A DNA stretch of 64,000 nucleotides from Thermoplasmata archaeon (GTDB taxonomy: Archaea; Thermoplasmatota; Thermoplasmata; Lutacidiplasmatales; SKW197). This document shows positions 42,633 through 54,100 of the stretch, one piece after another. The notes under the pieces are model-generated. The model had not been told where the DNA came from. It saw only the letters and a program-made list of their open reading frames with translations, and searched no databases. Every line of letters starts with the position of its first letter. Within the stretch, counting starts at the first letter, position 1. Both the position numbers and the translations under genes were made by a program. The DNA is taken from the NCBI GenBank assembly GCA_038874435.1, contig JAVZCK010000008.1, forward strand, positions 9,705 through 73,704. The letters run 5' to 3'.

Positions 42633-42878
42633 ATGAAGAAATTCATAACTGAACTTAGGGGAAAGACTGTGATGACAAATGACGGCCAGATACTTGGAGT
42701 AGTGGACAACTTCGTTGTTGACTCTCTCAGTGGAGAAATAGAACACATGCTGGTAGTCCCGGCGGAAGAGCTGGACACACGGGGCTTCAAACTAGATAAC
42801 CAGAATAGAATCATCCTGCCCTTCAAGTCCATGAGGGCAGTAAAGGATGTCATCGTGATGGATCTAGGTGGCCAGTAA
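42633..42878 (+). CDS. PRC-barrel domain protein (CdpB-like)
   Basis: LRGKTVMTNDGQILG.V.N.VVD..SGEI...LPF..MRAVKDVIV; TTTAAATA box upstream. Confidence 0.85.
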   Translation: MKKFITELRGKTVMTNDGQILGVVDNFVVDSLSGEIEHMLVVPAEELDTRGFKLDNQNRIILPFKSMRAVKDVIVMDLGGQ

Positions 42879-42901
42879 CTGCGTTTGAGTTCCGTGATTC
42901 T

Positions 42902-43624
42902 ATGCAAAAGCCAGAAATTTCGCGAATTAAAACATTCATTGAAGGGTTTGATGAAAAGTTGAATGGCGGTATTCCCCAGAAAAATGTGGTCTTGATTGCT
43001 GGTGAACCAGGCACGCTGAAAAGCACGATTGCATTCTACATTCTTTATCACAATGCCCTCAATGAAAGCATACCTGGGGTTTACATTACCTTGGAGCAGG
43101 GAAGAGAGAGTATACTTTCCAACATGGAAGGACTTGGGCTGGAGTACGCAAAGGTAGAAAAGAAGTTAAGTGTTGTCGACTTGGCTATGATCAGAAAGCA
43201 CATAGAGGGGATTGGAGAGCATACATGGATGGACATCTTCAAAATGTATGCTGACAATTTAAAAGCTACTACAGACTATCAACTTTTTGTGATTGATTCT
43301 TTGCCTGTGCTTGAAATGCTAGCTGAATTAAAAAATCCTCGGAATGAATTGTTTCATTTTTTTGAATGGCTCCGAGATCTGGATGTGACTGCCTTGGTAA
43401 TTACCGAGATGCGCCCAAACTCTCTTGAATACTGCCATTTTGGAGAGGATTTTCTTGCAGATGGTATCCTGCATGTGAAGATGGAGCAGGTGGATGAAGT
43501 CACAGTCCAGAGAAGGATTCGCTGTGTCAAAATGAGAAATACGAATCACAGCACTAATTTCTACACTTTGATGCTCGAGAATGGCGTCCTCCAGGTAACT
43601 AGAGTGCTTTCTGAAAAGACCTGA
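42902..43624 (+). CDS. KaiC/RAD55-like ATPase (single domain)
   Basis: GFDEKLNGGIP, GEPGTLKST, YITLEQ, VIDSL, RIRCVKMR.T.H. Confidence 0.9.
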   Translation: MQKPEISRIKTFIEGFDEKLNGGIPQKNVVLIAGEPGTLKSTIAFYILYHNALNESIPGVYITLEQGRESILSNMEGLGLEYAKVEKKLSVVDLAMIRKHIEGIGEHTWMDIFKMYADNLKATTDYQLFVIDSLPVLEMLAELKNPRNELFHFFEWLRDLDVTALVITEMRPNSLEYCHFGEDFLADGILHVKMEQVDEVTVQRRIRCVKMRNTNHSTNFYTLMLENGVLQVTRVLSEKT

Positions 43625-43648
43625 GTGAGTGCCAGATGGGGGGTTCAA

Positions 43649-43723
43649 GGGTCTGTGGGGTAGTTTGGCCTATCCTCCGTGGTTCGGGACCACGGGACTG
43701 CGGTTCAAATCCGCACAGACCCA
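43649..43723 (+). tRNA. tRNA-Pro(CGG)
   Basis: Acceptor stem GGGTCTG/CAGACCC-A; anticodon arm CGTGG-TTCGGGA-CCACG; T arm TGCGG-TTCAAAT-CCGCA; CCA not encoded. Confidence 0.96.
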
Positions 43724-43872
43724 TTTCTAGTGGCTCTCATCTCTCAGTTGATTATCTCTAGGAACATCCTGATAGAACAGGCAATTTTCGTGATTGTCTA
43801 GTTTTTCTAACTCATTTCTAAGATAGAAATCAAAGCACAAATTCCATATACCTGCAAATGTTTTTCCTAACC

Positions 43873-44127
43873 ATGGAAAAATACACTGTTGAGATAAAGG
43901 TTGAATTGAAGAAGGGCATCACAGATCCAGAAGGAGAAAATACAAAGAAAGCACTTGCACTTCTTGGTTTCAATGCGATAGAAAGTGTCCGCTCACTTAG
44001 AATTTACGAACTCATGGTTGTTGCTGAAAACAAAGAAAAGGCGCTCGCAATTGCCGAAGAAAGCTGCAAGAAATTGTTGGCAAACCCCGTGATTCACAAC
44101 TATAAAATTATGGTCAAAGAGCAGTGA
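43873..44127 (+). CDS. purS: FGAM synthase subunit PurS
   Basis: LKKGITDPEG and KLLANPVIHNY motifs. Confidence 0.95.
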   Translation: MEKYTVEIKVELKKGITDPEGENTKKALALLGFNAIESVRSLRIYELMVVAENKEKALAIAEESCKKLLANPVIHNYKIMVKEQ

Positions 44128-46457
44128 GAAGGATGAAGACCAAAAAGCATGGAAATTTGGATAATTGTTTTGAAGTGGAGCTACCAGAAACTCCAGAGGG
44201 ATTGAAGGAAGTGAGCGATGCTCTCAAGCTTGGCCTTAGCGCAGAAGAAATGCTGCACGTGAAGAATTATTTTAAAAAGCTAGGGAGGAATCCAACAGAT
44301 GTAGAATTGAATGCAATAGGTCAGGCCTGGAGTGAACATTGCTGTTACAAGAGTTCAAAGGTTGTGCTGAAGAAATACATATTCCCACTGGAACACAAGG
44401 ACATGCTTCTCAAAGGTGATGCAGGTGTTATGAGCTTTGATGAGGAGTATGCTTACGCGATAAGAATTGAGTCACACAATCATCCCTCAGCGGTTGAGCC
44501 ATATGGTGGAGCTGCCACTGGTATAGGAGGAATTCTCAGAGATGTGCTGGCGATGGGAGCTCAACCGATCGCACTGATTGATCCATTGTTCTTTGGTCCA
44601 TTGGACATCCCATATGAAAAACTTCCAAGTGGGGTGAAGCATCCAAAATATCTATTTACTGGTGTGGTCGCAGGAATAAGGGACTATGGAAACAGAGTCG
44701 GTATTCCCACAGTTGCAGGGTTCGTCCATTTTGACCCTAACTATACATCCAATTGCTTGGTAAATGTTGGTTGTGTTGGAATCGGAAAGAAGAAGTTCAT
44801 AAAGAAGAATGCAGTTTCAAACCCAGGGGATAACTTTGTATTAGTTGGTGGACTTACGGGCAGAGATGGAATCCATGGTGTGAATTTTGCATCTGCAGTC
44901 CTCACAGAAAAAAGTGATGTGGAGGCAAGACCATCAGTCCAGCTCGGTAATCCGATAATGAAAGAACCACTAATTCATGCGGTTATGGAATGTGTGGAAG
45001 CAAATCTGGTAGAGGGTGTGAAAGATTTAGGAGGAGGTGGCCTTTCCTGTGTTTGTGGAGAGATGGCAATTGCTGGTGGCTGTGGGGCGGAAATTCATTT
45101 GGACCGGGTACCCCTGAAGGAAGAGAATATGGCCCCCTGGGAAATTTGGATTTCCGAGTCCCAGGAACGGATGATGCTCGCTGTGAAAGACGAGAATCTT
45201 TCTAAGGTGAAGGAAATTTTTGACCTCTACGATGTGCCATGCACACCTATTGGGAAGGCAGTCCCAGAAAAGAAAGTTAAGTTGTATTTCAAAGGGACTA
45301 AAGTGTTTGAACTTGACATCGATTTCTATACTGGTGGGCCCGAATATGTTAGACCTTTTGTGATTAGGAAAAGGGAGAAGACAAAAGAGAAGAATCTTCC
45401 CCCATCTCCCAAACCAGAGGAATTGGAGAAAATTTTCCTAACTATTCTTTCCGACCTGAATGTGTGTTCAAAGGAATGGGTGATTCGACTATATGACCAC
45501 GAAGTTAGAGGCAGAACGATCATTAAACCGCTTACTGGAAGACCCTCTCATCAAACACACGCTGATGCTGTGGTATTGAAACCGCTAGAGGACTCTTATC
45601 GTGGGCTTGCAATTGCAGTTGGTTCAGCTCCATGGGTTTCCGCTTTGGACCCTTACATAGGAGGAGTGATAAGTGTTGATGAGGTTGCTAGGAATCTGGC
45701 AAGTGTGGGTGCAATACCCCATGCAATGACTAACTGCATGAATTTTGGCAACCCTGAGGTGCCAGAGGTTCTTGGTGACTTTTATGAGGTGTTGAGGGGC
45801 ATCGGCGATGCCTGTCGTGCCTTCAAAATTGCCGTACCTTCTGGCAATGTGAGTTTTTACAATGAGAGTCCTGCTGGTAGAATTTTGCCTACACCAGTTG
45901 TTCTGGGCACTGGCATTGTGAAAGATGTGAGAATTTCTGCGAGTACAGATCTTGCCTCCAGTGATGGTTACATCTATTTAATTGGAGAAACTCAGGAGAA
46001 TCTTGGTGGCTCTGTCTATTCTAGAATTTACGGAATAGAAGACAATCCACCTACATGCAACCTTGGAAATGCCTTCAAGTATGTTTCCGCTGTTGTCTCT
46101 GGGATTGAGAGAGGGATAATTCGAAGTTGCCATGACATCGGTGATGGTGGACTTGCAGTGGCAATAGCTGAGATGAGTATTGGAGGAAATGTGGGTGTTG
46201 ACATCAACTTAGATGCAGTGAACATGCGGGAAGATGTATTCCTGTTCTCAGAGTCGCCAACCCGATGGATTGCAGAAGTGGATGAGGAAAATCACGAAGA
46301 ATTTGAGCGGGCTTTTGCAGGGCTAAACATAATGAGAATCGGAAGGGTAGGCGGAAAAAATATTGACTTTTTCAAGGCGGGAAAAAAGGTGCTTGGTGTT
46401 GAAATCCAGACAGCAAAGAGGGTCTGGAGTGAAACCCTTTGGAAGATAATGGGCTAA
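44124..46457 (+). CDS. purL: FGAM synthase subunit PurL
   Basis: WSEHCCYKSS, ESHNHPSAVEPYGGAATG, DLGGGGL, SESQERM. Confidence 0.97.
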   Translation: MRRMKTKKHGNLDNCFEVELPETPEGLKEVSDALKLGLSAEEMLHVKNYFKKLGRNPTDVELNAIGQAWSEHCCYKSSKVVLKKYIFPLEHKDMLLKGDAGVMSFDEEYAYAIRIESHNHPSAVEPYGGAATGIGGILRDVLAMGAQPIALIDPLFFGPLDIPYEKLPSGVKHPKYLFTGVVAGIRDYGNRVGIPTVAGFVHFDPNYTSNCLVNVGCVGIGKKKFIKKNAVSNPGDNFVLVGGLTGRDGIHGVNFASAVLTEKSDVEARPSVQLGNPIMKEPLIHAVMECVEANLVEGVKDLGGGGLSCVCGEMAIAGGCGAEIHLDRVPLKEENMAPWEIWISESQERMMLAVKDENLSKVKEIFDLYDVPCTPIGKAVPEKKVKLYFKGTKVFELDIDFYTGGPEYVRPFVIRKREKTKEKNLPPSPKPEELEKIFLTILSDLNVCSKEWVIRLYDHEVRGRTIIKPLTGRPSHQTHADAVVLKPLEDSYRGLAIAVGSAPWVSALDPYIGGVISVDEVARNLASVGAIPHAMTNCMNFGNPEVPEVLGDFYEVLRGIGDACRAFKIAVPSGNVSFYNESPAGRILPTPVVLGTGIVKDVRISASTDLASSDGYIYLIGETQENLGGSVYSRIYGIEDNPPTCNLGNAFKYVSAVVSGIERGIIRSCHDIGDGGLAVAIAEMSIGGNVGVDINLDAVNMREDVFLFSESPTRWIAEVDEENHEEFERAFAGLNIMRIGRVGGKNIDFFKAGKKVLGVEIQTAKRVWSETLWKIMG

Positions 46458-46500
46458 TGGCAAAGATTATATCTTCGGTTGAAATTTAAGTGGTGATACT

Positions 46501-48018
46501 ATGATGCAGAAAGAAAAAATAAAGATAGGAGTTCCAGGACTAGACGAGATGCTCCATGGTGGGCTTATCCCTGCCAGACCATACATTGTCTCAGGACAGC
46601 TTGGGAGTGGAAAGACCACGCTTGCAATGCAATTTCTGCTTGAAGGTGTAAAAAACGGGGAAAATGTGTTATACATCACTACTGAGGAGCCCCCGAATGA
46701 ACTTAAGAAAAATTTTGAAAGTTTTAACTGGGATATTTCAAGAATAAAGGTTTTTGATGCGATTCCAGATGTGATGACATATGAAATCACTCCAGTGAAA
46801 GACATAACTGCGTTGCGGGAGATTGTTTCATTTAAGGATGTACCATACACAATTCGGAAGACCCCAGAGCATGGAGCCCCAGAGATGACATTCAATGCAT
46901 TGCAGAATGCTCTCAAACTTGCCCTGTCAACAAGCGATTATGACAGAATAGTGGTGGATTCACTTACCGCACTCAAATTTTTCTGTATACCCTCATACGA
47001 CCATAACCTGGGTGTTCAGTCCTTCATTCGTTTTCTTTCCGAACTCAAGGTTACCGCACTGCTCACTGTGGAAATGCCTCTCGAGTATCAGTTTGAACCG
47101 GAACTTTTCCTCGCAAGGGGTGAAATTCGGCTGCTGAAGTGGAGAGACAAAGACGGGGAGTTAAAGAGAGGAGTACTGATTGAAAAATACAAGGGTTCCT
47201 CGCACGATGTGCACCTCCGCCCAATGGAGATTACACCAGATGGAATTGTGGTGTACTCAGAGCTGCATGTAGAAAAGAGCCCGCTTGAAGCATACCTTGA
47301 GGCAATGCCAGTAGAAGAGCTTGAAGAAGAGGAGGTAGAAGAGAATAGAATTCCAGTGTCATCAGAGACAATAGAAAAGAAGTCAGTTGCTGAAAATCTT
47401 AGGCCAGTGAATGAGCCCTGTAAAGTTGAGCCAGTACCTGCACCGCCTTCTCCAAATCTTCCCAAGGTGGTGCAATCGCCTGTGGAACCTCCCAAACAGG
47501 TTCCAGCCACACAAGTTCCTAGCCCTGTAGCCTCCGTTACAACTTCGACAGAAGAGAAAAGAGAGATTGTGGACAAAGCCCAGATAGAGGCACTAATCAA
47601 GGAGGTAAAAATTTTGAGGGATGATGCAAACGATGCAGATTTGATTGGGATAGATGTCACGGAAATTCGTGCAATGTTGGATAAAACCGACTCGCTACTA
47701 TCTCAGGGAAAGGTAGGCGAAGTTAAGGAAACAATTATGGCTGCGAGAAAATTGCTGGATGAGAGAATAAACCTCTTCCACACTGGTAGAGAAGTTGAGA
47801 AGGTTTCTGAAGGAAGTGGCGGCGTTGCTCCTGCTCAGATTCTTACACAAGAAATTCCACAAAGTGCTGAGGTGAAAGCAGAGGAGAAAAAGGTAGAAAA
47901 ACCAGCAAAAGAAAAGAAGCCAAGGAAAAAGAAAGAGAAAAAAGTGGAGGAGAAAGAGAAGTCCGCGAAAGAGAAGAAGCCAAGAAAAAGAAAAACTGAG
48001 AAGGAGGAGGTGAGCTGA
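46501..48018 (+). CDS. KaiC/RAD55-like ATPase with Pro-rich linker, helical domain and Lys/Glu-rich tail
   Basis: GLDEMLHGG, GQLGSGKTT, YITTEE, VVDSL, IEKYKGSSH. Confidence 0.88.
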   Translation: MMQKEKIKIGVPGLDEMLHGGLIPARPYIVSGQLGSGKTTLAMQFLLEGVKNGENVLYITTEEPPNELKKNFESFNWDISRIKVFDAIPDVMTYEITPVKDITALREIVSFKDVPYTIRKTPEHGAPEMTFNALQNALKLALSTSDYDRIVVDSLTALKFFCIPSYDHNLGVQSFIRFLSELKVTALLTVEMPLEYQFEPELFLARGEIRLLKWRDKDGELKRGVLIEKYKGSSHDVHLRPMEITPDGIVVYSELHVEKSPLEAYLEAMPVEELEEEEVEENRIPVSSETIEKKSVAENLRPVNEPCKVEPVPAPPSPNLPKVVQSPVEPPKQVPATQVPSPVASVTTSTEEKREIVDKAQIEALIKEVKILRDDANDADLIGIDVTEIRAMLDKTDSLLSQGKVGEVKETIMAARKLLDERINLFHTGREVEKVSEGSGGVAPAQILTQEIPQSAEVKAEEKKVEKPAKEKKPRKKKEKKVEEKEKSAKEKKPRKRKTEKEEVS

Positions 48019-48019
48019 G

Positions 48020-49222
48020 ATGGGTGGCGATAGAGTTAGCACAGGGCTTCAGGAACTTGACCATATGTTGAATGGAGGGCTTTTGCCAGGTAGACCGTAC
48101 ATTGTTTCTGGTCCACCGGGCAGTGGCAAAACCACACTCTGTTTGCATTTTCTCAGAGAAGGGCTAAAAAACGGAGAGCGATGCATGATTGTAACTTTGG
48201 ATGAACCACCCAACGAAATAAAGGACAACATTTCGGTTTTTGGTTGGGATTTAAGCGGGATTGCTGTGTTGGATGCCACTCCTGATATCAGAAGTTACAG
48301 AAAGGCAACAGACATTTTAGAAATAAAAAGCATGAAGGATATCAAAACGCTGGGTGAGGTTGAGGATATCCGACAGAGCTCTGCAATAAATCCATATGAC
48401 ATCACAATTCAGTCCATTTACATGAAACTCAAAAAGGAATTCCAAGACAGAAAATACGACCGTATTGTGCTTGATTCCTTCACATCTCTACGTTTGTTTG
48501 CGGTCAAAAGTGAGAATATAGATAGCGAAAGACGAGAGATTCAGTCGTTACTGCGATTTCTTGCTGAATCCGAGGTCACAACACTCATAACTTCAGAGTA
48601 CCCATCGCCTACAAAGATTGACCCAGAGTTTCTAGTTGCGAGAGGGGAAATTCGTCTCCACAAGGAGGTAATAAAAGGTACAATTGTTCGTGGCATTTCC
48701 ATAGAGAGGTTGAGAGGCACAAGCCATGATACGATGATTCGCCCACTTGAATTTACAAAGGAAGGATTGAAAATTAGAATTCCTCTGTTTAAGGGAAAGC
48801 AAGTTCCCACTTCCAAACTCACAAATGTCACCTATTCGGACGAGGAAATCAAGGCGATTATGGAACAGATCGTAGACATGAACTCATGGGTGGAGTCAAA
48901 GCTTGAGAAATGTGTTGAGATTGGAATTGATGTGAGCCACATTGAATCGTTAATTGACAAGGCAAAAATGCTTCTAGATGCATCCGAGTACAACGAAGCA
49001 TTGGAATGTGCAAAAGAGGCATGGAATATCACAGACCATAAACTTAACCAATACTTTACTGCCGTGGAACGCTGGAGAGCAAAACAAACCACTGCCAAGG
49101 ACCTGCAAGAGTATCTTAACCAGTATCCTGCAGAGCCGCTGTGTGGGGTATGTGGATGTAAGGAGATAATTCTCCTGGAGGATGGTCGACTACAGTGCAG
49201 AAGATGTGGAAATATTTTGTAG
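48020..49222 (+). CDS. KaiC/RAD55-like ATPase with helical domain and C-terminal zinc ribbon
   Basis: GPPGSGKTT, VTLDE, VLDSF, IERLRGTSH, CGVCG...CRRCG. Confidence 0.88.
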   Translation: MGGDRVSTGLQELDHMLNGGLLPGRPYIVSGPPGSGKTTLCLHFLREGLKNGERCMIVTLDEPPNEIKDNISVFGWDLSGIAVLDATPDIRSYRKATDILEIKSMKDIKTLGEVEDIRQSSAINPYDITIQSIYMKLKKEFQDRKYDRIVLDSFTSLRLFAVKSENIDSERREIQSLLRFLAESEVTTLITSEYPSPTKIDPEFLVARGEIRLHKEVIKGTIVRGISIERLRGTSHDTMIRPLEFTKEGLKIRIPLFKGKQVPTSKLTNVTYSDEEIKAIMEQIVDMNSWVESKLEKCVEIGIDVSHIESLIDKAKMLLDASEYNEALECAKEAWNITDHKLNQYFTAVERWRAKQTTAKDLQEYLNQYPAEPLCGVCGCKEIILLEDGRLQCRRCGNIL

Positions 49223-49239
49223 TAGGGGATTAGACAATA

Positions 49240-50325
49240 ATGAGAACGGGTTTTGCAGACCTTCCGCTGCATGGTGGTAGTGCACCCAGATGGTTGTTTG
49301 AGAGAATGGTTAAACTTGAGGGTGCAATAGCTGAGGTGATTGTTGAGGAATATGGCACCGCAGAATTGCTGAGACGCCTGTCCTCGCCTCACTGGTTCCA
49401 GGCGTTTGCCTGTGCAGTTGGCTTTGACTGGCATTCAAGTGGGACAACCACAGTTACCTGTGGTGCACTCAAGGAAGCCTTGGCGTTGAAAAATCTTGGC
49501 GTAAGGGTAGCTGGTGGCAAAGGTGCGACTTCAAGGGCAACCCAGCAGGAGATTGTAAAAATCGGTGATGAATTCAGTTTTACTGGGAGAAAGATTGACG
49601 AATTGAGAAGAGCAAGCAGAATGTGTGCAAAGGTGGACAACAATTGTGTCCAGGATGGACATGAACTCTACCATCATGTTATGGTGGTTGCAGAAAGCGG
49701 GGACTGGTGCGTGATTCAGCAGGGGATGCACAAGGAAAGGAATTACGCAAGGAGATACCACTGGTTTCAGCCAGAAAAATTCGTGGTTGAGCCACATGCT
49801 GGGATAGTTGGAGAGAGGATAGAGAATGTCCTTGATTTAACAGCTAAGCAAAGTGTGGAAGTCCAGAAGACCAGTGTTGACCTTGTCTGTGATGATTTTG
49901 AGAGATTACCGAGGTACCTTGCCTCTCTCACCCATCAAAGCACACTTGAGGATTTTGTTGATGGGCATCCAGTTAAACTTGAGAAATTGCAAATGCCGCT
50001 CAATGTGAACTGGGAGGTTTTGAAAAGAGTTTATGAATTCCAGCCCAGAAATTTTGAGGAACTTGTTGAGTTTAAAGGTGTGGGTGTCAGCACACTCCGT
50101 GCCCTTGCCCTGATCAGTGAAATTATTTTTGGAAAGGAACCGAGCTGGAAAGACCCTGTGAGGTTTTCGTTTGCAGTGGGCGGCAAGGACGGTGTGCCCT
50201 ACCCTGTTGACAGAAAAGCAATGGACGAATCAACAAGGTTTTTGATAGAGACGATAGAAGGGGCGAAAATTGGGAAAAAGGAAAAGCTTGAAGCGCTAAA
50301 AAGGTTGCCAGAAATAAAAGAATAA
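49240..50325 (+). CDS. DUF763 family protein
   Basis: ADLPLHGG.AP.WL, GFDWHSSGTTT, AKVDN..VQDG, FAVGGKDGVPYPVD. Confidence 0.88.
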   Translation: MRTGFADLPLHGGSAPRWLFERMVKLEGAIAEVIVEEYGTAELLRRLSSPHWFQAFACAVGFDWHSSGTTTVTCGALKEALALKNLGVRVAGGKGATSRATQQEIVKIGDEFSFTGRKIDELRRASRMCAKVDNNCVQDGHELYHHVMVVAESGDWCVIQQGMHKERNYARRYHWFQPEKFVVEPHAGIVGERIENVLDLTAKQSVEVQKTSVDLVCDDFERLPRYLASLTHQSTLEDFVDGHPVKLEKLQMPLNVNWEVLKRVYEFQPRNFEELVEFKGVGVSTLRALALISEIIFGKEPSWKDPVRFSFAVGGKDGVPYPVDRKAMDESTRFLIETIEGAKIGKKEKLEALKRLPEIKE

Positions 50326-50331
50326 AAGAGT

Positions 50332-51078
50332 TTAGAGCTGGAAAAGCTCATGGGCAATTGCATGCTGGCTCTTGTATGAGGGGTTTGTGATAGCACATAC
50401 GATGTAATATTCGCCGCTGTCAACCGAGAAGCCAGTGTTTGAATTCAATGTCCAGTGATGCACACCATAGCTTCCAGGTGAGAGCGAGTACTTCTTTGAA
50501 GTTGTGTAGGCATAGACCACATCCCCGTTTGAGTTGTACACATAGAAGTGGAAGTAGCCAGTTATTGTAGTTGTTCCAGAATTCCAGACATAGATTTCCG
50601 CCCTGTTTGCTGTCTGGTTCATCACTGTTATTGTGTAGATTGATTTTGTGCTTCCAACCCCTATTTTGAAGGTTGCCAGTGCAAATTCACCAGCAAACCT
50701 TGCCTTGACCACATATTCATCCTCTGCAACCAGATTGCCATTTCCATCTTTCTGGTCCCAGTAGAAGCTTATGGATTGTGAGGGTTGAAGTGTGTAGAGC
50801 ACTGTGAGAGTGGGCACAGCAGCAACAAAGGCACCATCCTTCTTGTGGATGGTTACAGAAGGAGTGTCCATCATTTCTATACTCCCTGTGTTTGTGAGTA
50901 CGAAACCTACACCCTGCCCTCTCTCATAGTAGTTCTTCTCAACTGCAATTGAGATTGCTCCCTCTCCATTTCCTGTAGCCACTGTCTTTGGAAGGCATAG
51001 CACTGCAAGTGCACCTGCGAATAGAAGTCCGAGCACCAAAGCCAGACCGAATTTGATTTTTCCATTCATGGTTATCAC
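50332..51078 (-). CDS. Secreted protein with two small Ig-like beta-sandwich domains
   Basis: Signal peptide; WDQKDGNGNLV..DEY motif and a second related domain. Confidence 0.7.
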   Translation of the reverse strand: MITMNGKIKFGLALVLGLLFAGALAVLCLPKTVATGNGEGAISIAVEKNYYERGQGVGFVLTNTGSIEMMDTPSVTIHKKDGAFVAAVPTLTVLYTLQPSQSISFYWDQKDGNGNLVAEDEYVVKARFAGEFALATFKIGVGSTKSIYTITVMNQTANRAEIYVWNSGTTTITGYFHFYVYNSNGDVVYAYTTSKKYSLSPGSYGVHHWTLNSNTGFSVDSGEYYIVCAITNPSYKSQHAIAHELFQL

Positions 51079-51126
51079 AAAACCGCCTACAGGCAGGGGG
51101 TATTTATAATTTACTACACTGTGTAG

Positions 51127-54100
51127 TTAATCTCTCTTTCGCTTCCTCCAGAAAACAACTGGTGCAATCAAAAATACGAACAGGGCAAGGAATGAGAGAT
51201 CACCACTTTCCGCTATCTCTGCATGATATATTGCAGTGAGGGAATTTGCGGTGCTGCTATTTTCAGCCCATAGTGAGAGGGCAGAACTCTTGTTTGTGAC
51301 CACCAGACAGCCAGGATAAACTCTAACCTCTCCATCATTGTCATTCACACGGAGCGGAGAAAGCCATGTCTGGCCATTGTTTGTTGTGTTTGAATATGAA
51401 ATATTTGCTTTTGTTCCCGTGATGTTGATAAATGCAATGTTTGCGAATGCACCGTTTGCAGCCACTGACGGGAAGAGTTCATCATTGGTTGAAAGGGCAA
51501 CAGCTGAGAGCCCTGGGCTTGTAGCAAATTCATCGGTAGACCAGAAACAGTAGATGTCGCGGTCCCCATAGGTATCATCCTGGAATGCCACATATCCGTA
51601 ATTTCCGCTGATGGAAATTGATGGATACATTTCGTTTTCAGCCCATGGAGTGTACCAGCCATTCCAGTTCTCGCCATCTGCAGAATAATACCAAGTTATG
51701 TTGTAATTTCCACCCGTTTCATTTTGGAATGCTATGAATACATAATTTGCATTAATCCCGGCACTTGGGTTTCTCTCATCTGTTGTTGTCTCGTTAAAAT
51801 AGAAGTAACCATTCCATGTATTTCCTCCATCTGTTGAATTCACAAACCCAATGTCATACTTCCCAGGATTTGTGGTGCTCTCATTTTCATAGAAAATATA
51901 CACTATATCATTATAGGCAACAATTGAGGGGTTCTTCCATTTTGATGAATCCCAGCCAGGAATATAATATTCGGCCCAGACATTACTCGCATTAGTGTAT
52001 TTCCCAAATGAGAATGTAGCATTTTCGTAAGCAACATAAATATTCTGGGTAATTGGGTCTACGCATATGGAAGGATTTGTCACATTTGTTGTTGTGCTGT
52101 TTTTGCTCCAAGAGGTGGCCCATGCGCTTGTAAGTCCCTCTATACCTGCTCTCACAAAAACTCCGTGCGATGTTTCGGAATTATTTTGCTGGTATGCAAC
52201 ATAAATTGTTCCGTTTGCAGCTACACAGGCAGATGGATTGCTTCCATTTAGTTTCGGTGAGGTGCCAAGGATATTTGTGTCTGAGGTAAATGGTGCATCA
52301 AGGATATCAATTCCTCCTGATTTCGTCTCCACAACAGGAGAAACAACCACTTTTGTTTGGGCATGTGGTAACGGGTCAACTGTTAGCGTTGCACTTGCCC
52401 TTCCTATGGGATTACTCTCATTTGTATAGTCCTTGTTCTCCTTCCAGTCGGATGTGACAAATACCATTGAGGCATTTTCGTCTATCATCAGCTTCACTTC
52501 AATCTGGTAGTTATCAATTTCTGCTGCCACATATCCGGCAAATTCCCAATCTCCAGAGGCATTAAAAACAAAATATTTCTTTGAAAGAATTTTTCCATTT
52601 TTGCCATTTATCTCAACAAAATAATTTGCAAGAATGTGTCCTATCTTGTAGCCGACAGGAGGCGAACCCTTCTGGATGTAGATGCTGACAAAGTCGGTAG
52701 CATTCAGTGGTGGCGAAGGAATCACGCCACCCCCACCAGACCCTGAAATCTTGACTGGGCCAGTGTATGGCACATCAATTCCACCAAGCAAATTTTGTTC
52801 AACTGAAAGGTAGAGATTAATGGTTGAATCTTCCCTCACTGCACCGAATTTTTTAATGTTGTACTGAGCAGGAGCATCGTCCTCATCCTCCTCAAGTTGC
52901 TTGTCTCGCCAGTCAGCAAAAGCTCCATCTATTATTATTTTGGCAGGGGCACTTTTCACATACGAAACTTTTGCTTTACCTGCATCCTGGCTCTCGGATA
53001 CACTCACCACTCCTTCTGCTTTCACACTCTCTCTACCATCAATTTCTATTCCCACTGCACTCTCCGGCAGATGGGCACTGGCATTCAGATAAAATACAAT
53101 TTCTGTTTTTGTTTTGGTAATTACTGTGTTAAAACCAATCTCCTTTGCACCACTGAAAGTTTCTCTCGCTCTTGCACCGCCGTTGATGGAATATTCTACA
53201 TCTACTGGCTGACTACTGCCAACTTCCTTCAGCACTATTCCTTTCAGTGTCACATCTTCCTGCGGTGCAGTCAACTCTACCCTTATGTACTCTGCAGCAT
53301 TATCAATCACTTCATTGCCCACATACTTCACATTACAAACGAGTGCTGGCTTTTTGTTTGACACAATATAATCTGAAAAGTCCTCAGCACCATTGTAGGA
53401 AAACATATGATAAATAACTTCAATGTTCTCGCTATTGAATATCTTTTTCTGGACACGAAGTTCCACTGCATGGAGTGATTTCGCACAGTCTATGCTTCCA
53501 TAACCAATTTTCGCCTGCCAATCAAAATTCCCTCTGCTTTCATCAAATTTGTAAACTTCGTGTATCTGGGCTTCTCCCCTGCAACCACCCAAATTAAGCA
53601 CATAGTCTGCACCGATGCCTCGCACAAAGTAGCCTGTTTCAGGGTTGCAATCAGCATCCACAAAAATGTGGAGAATATCCATGTAGCCAGCATTTGCCTG
53701 CTTTGCATCGCCCTCAAAAATCTCGCCTCTCACCTCTACCAGAAAATAATACCATTTCTCATCGCTCTCAATCGCTGCATTCACGATGTCTATCTGAGTA
53801 GGCACAATGCCTGCAGAAAACTGGCTTTTCTTTGCACCTTCCCAGTCCGAAAACTCACCATCCAACTGGATTCTCTCTTTCTTTATTAAGAGAAGCCCTC
53901 CCAATGCGACACAAATCAAAATTATGGTGATAACAGGGACAAGGTAAAGATAAACTCTTTTTTGTTGCTTCTTTTTGCGGATTTGAGCCCTGTGGACAGG
54001 ATAACCGCGTCCCTTCACGCCATTGATTTTGCCTTGGCTTGTCTCCCTCAGACCATTAGAGGCTGCTCTTTCACGTTGAGCAACGCCAGCAGTGGTTCTG

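Noticed and set aside
43649..43860. tRNA-Pro as an integration site
   Set aside because: No integrase and no duplicated tRNA 3' end were seen; purS follows directly.
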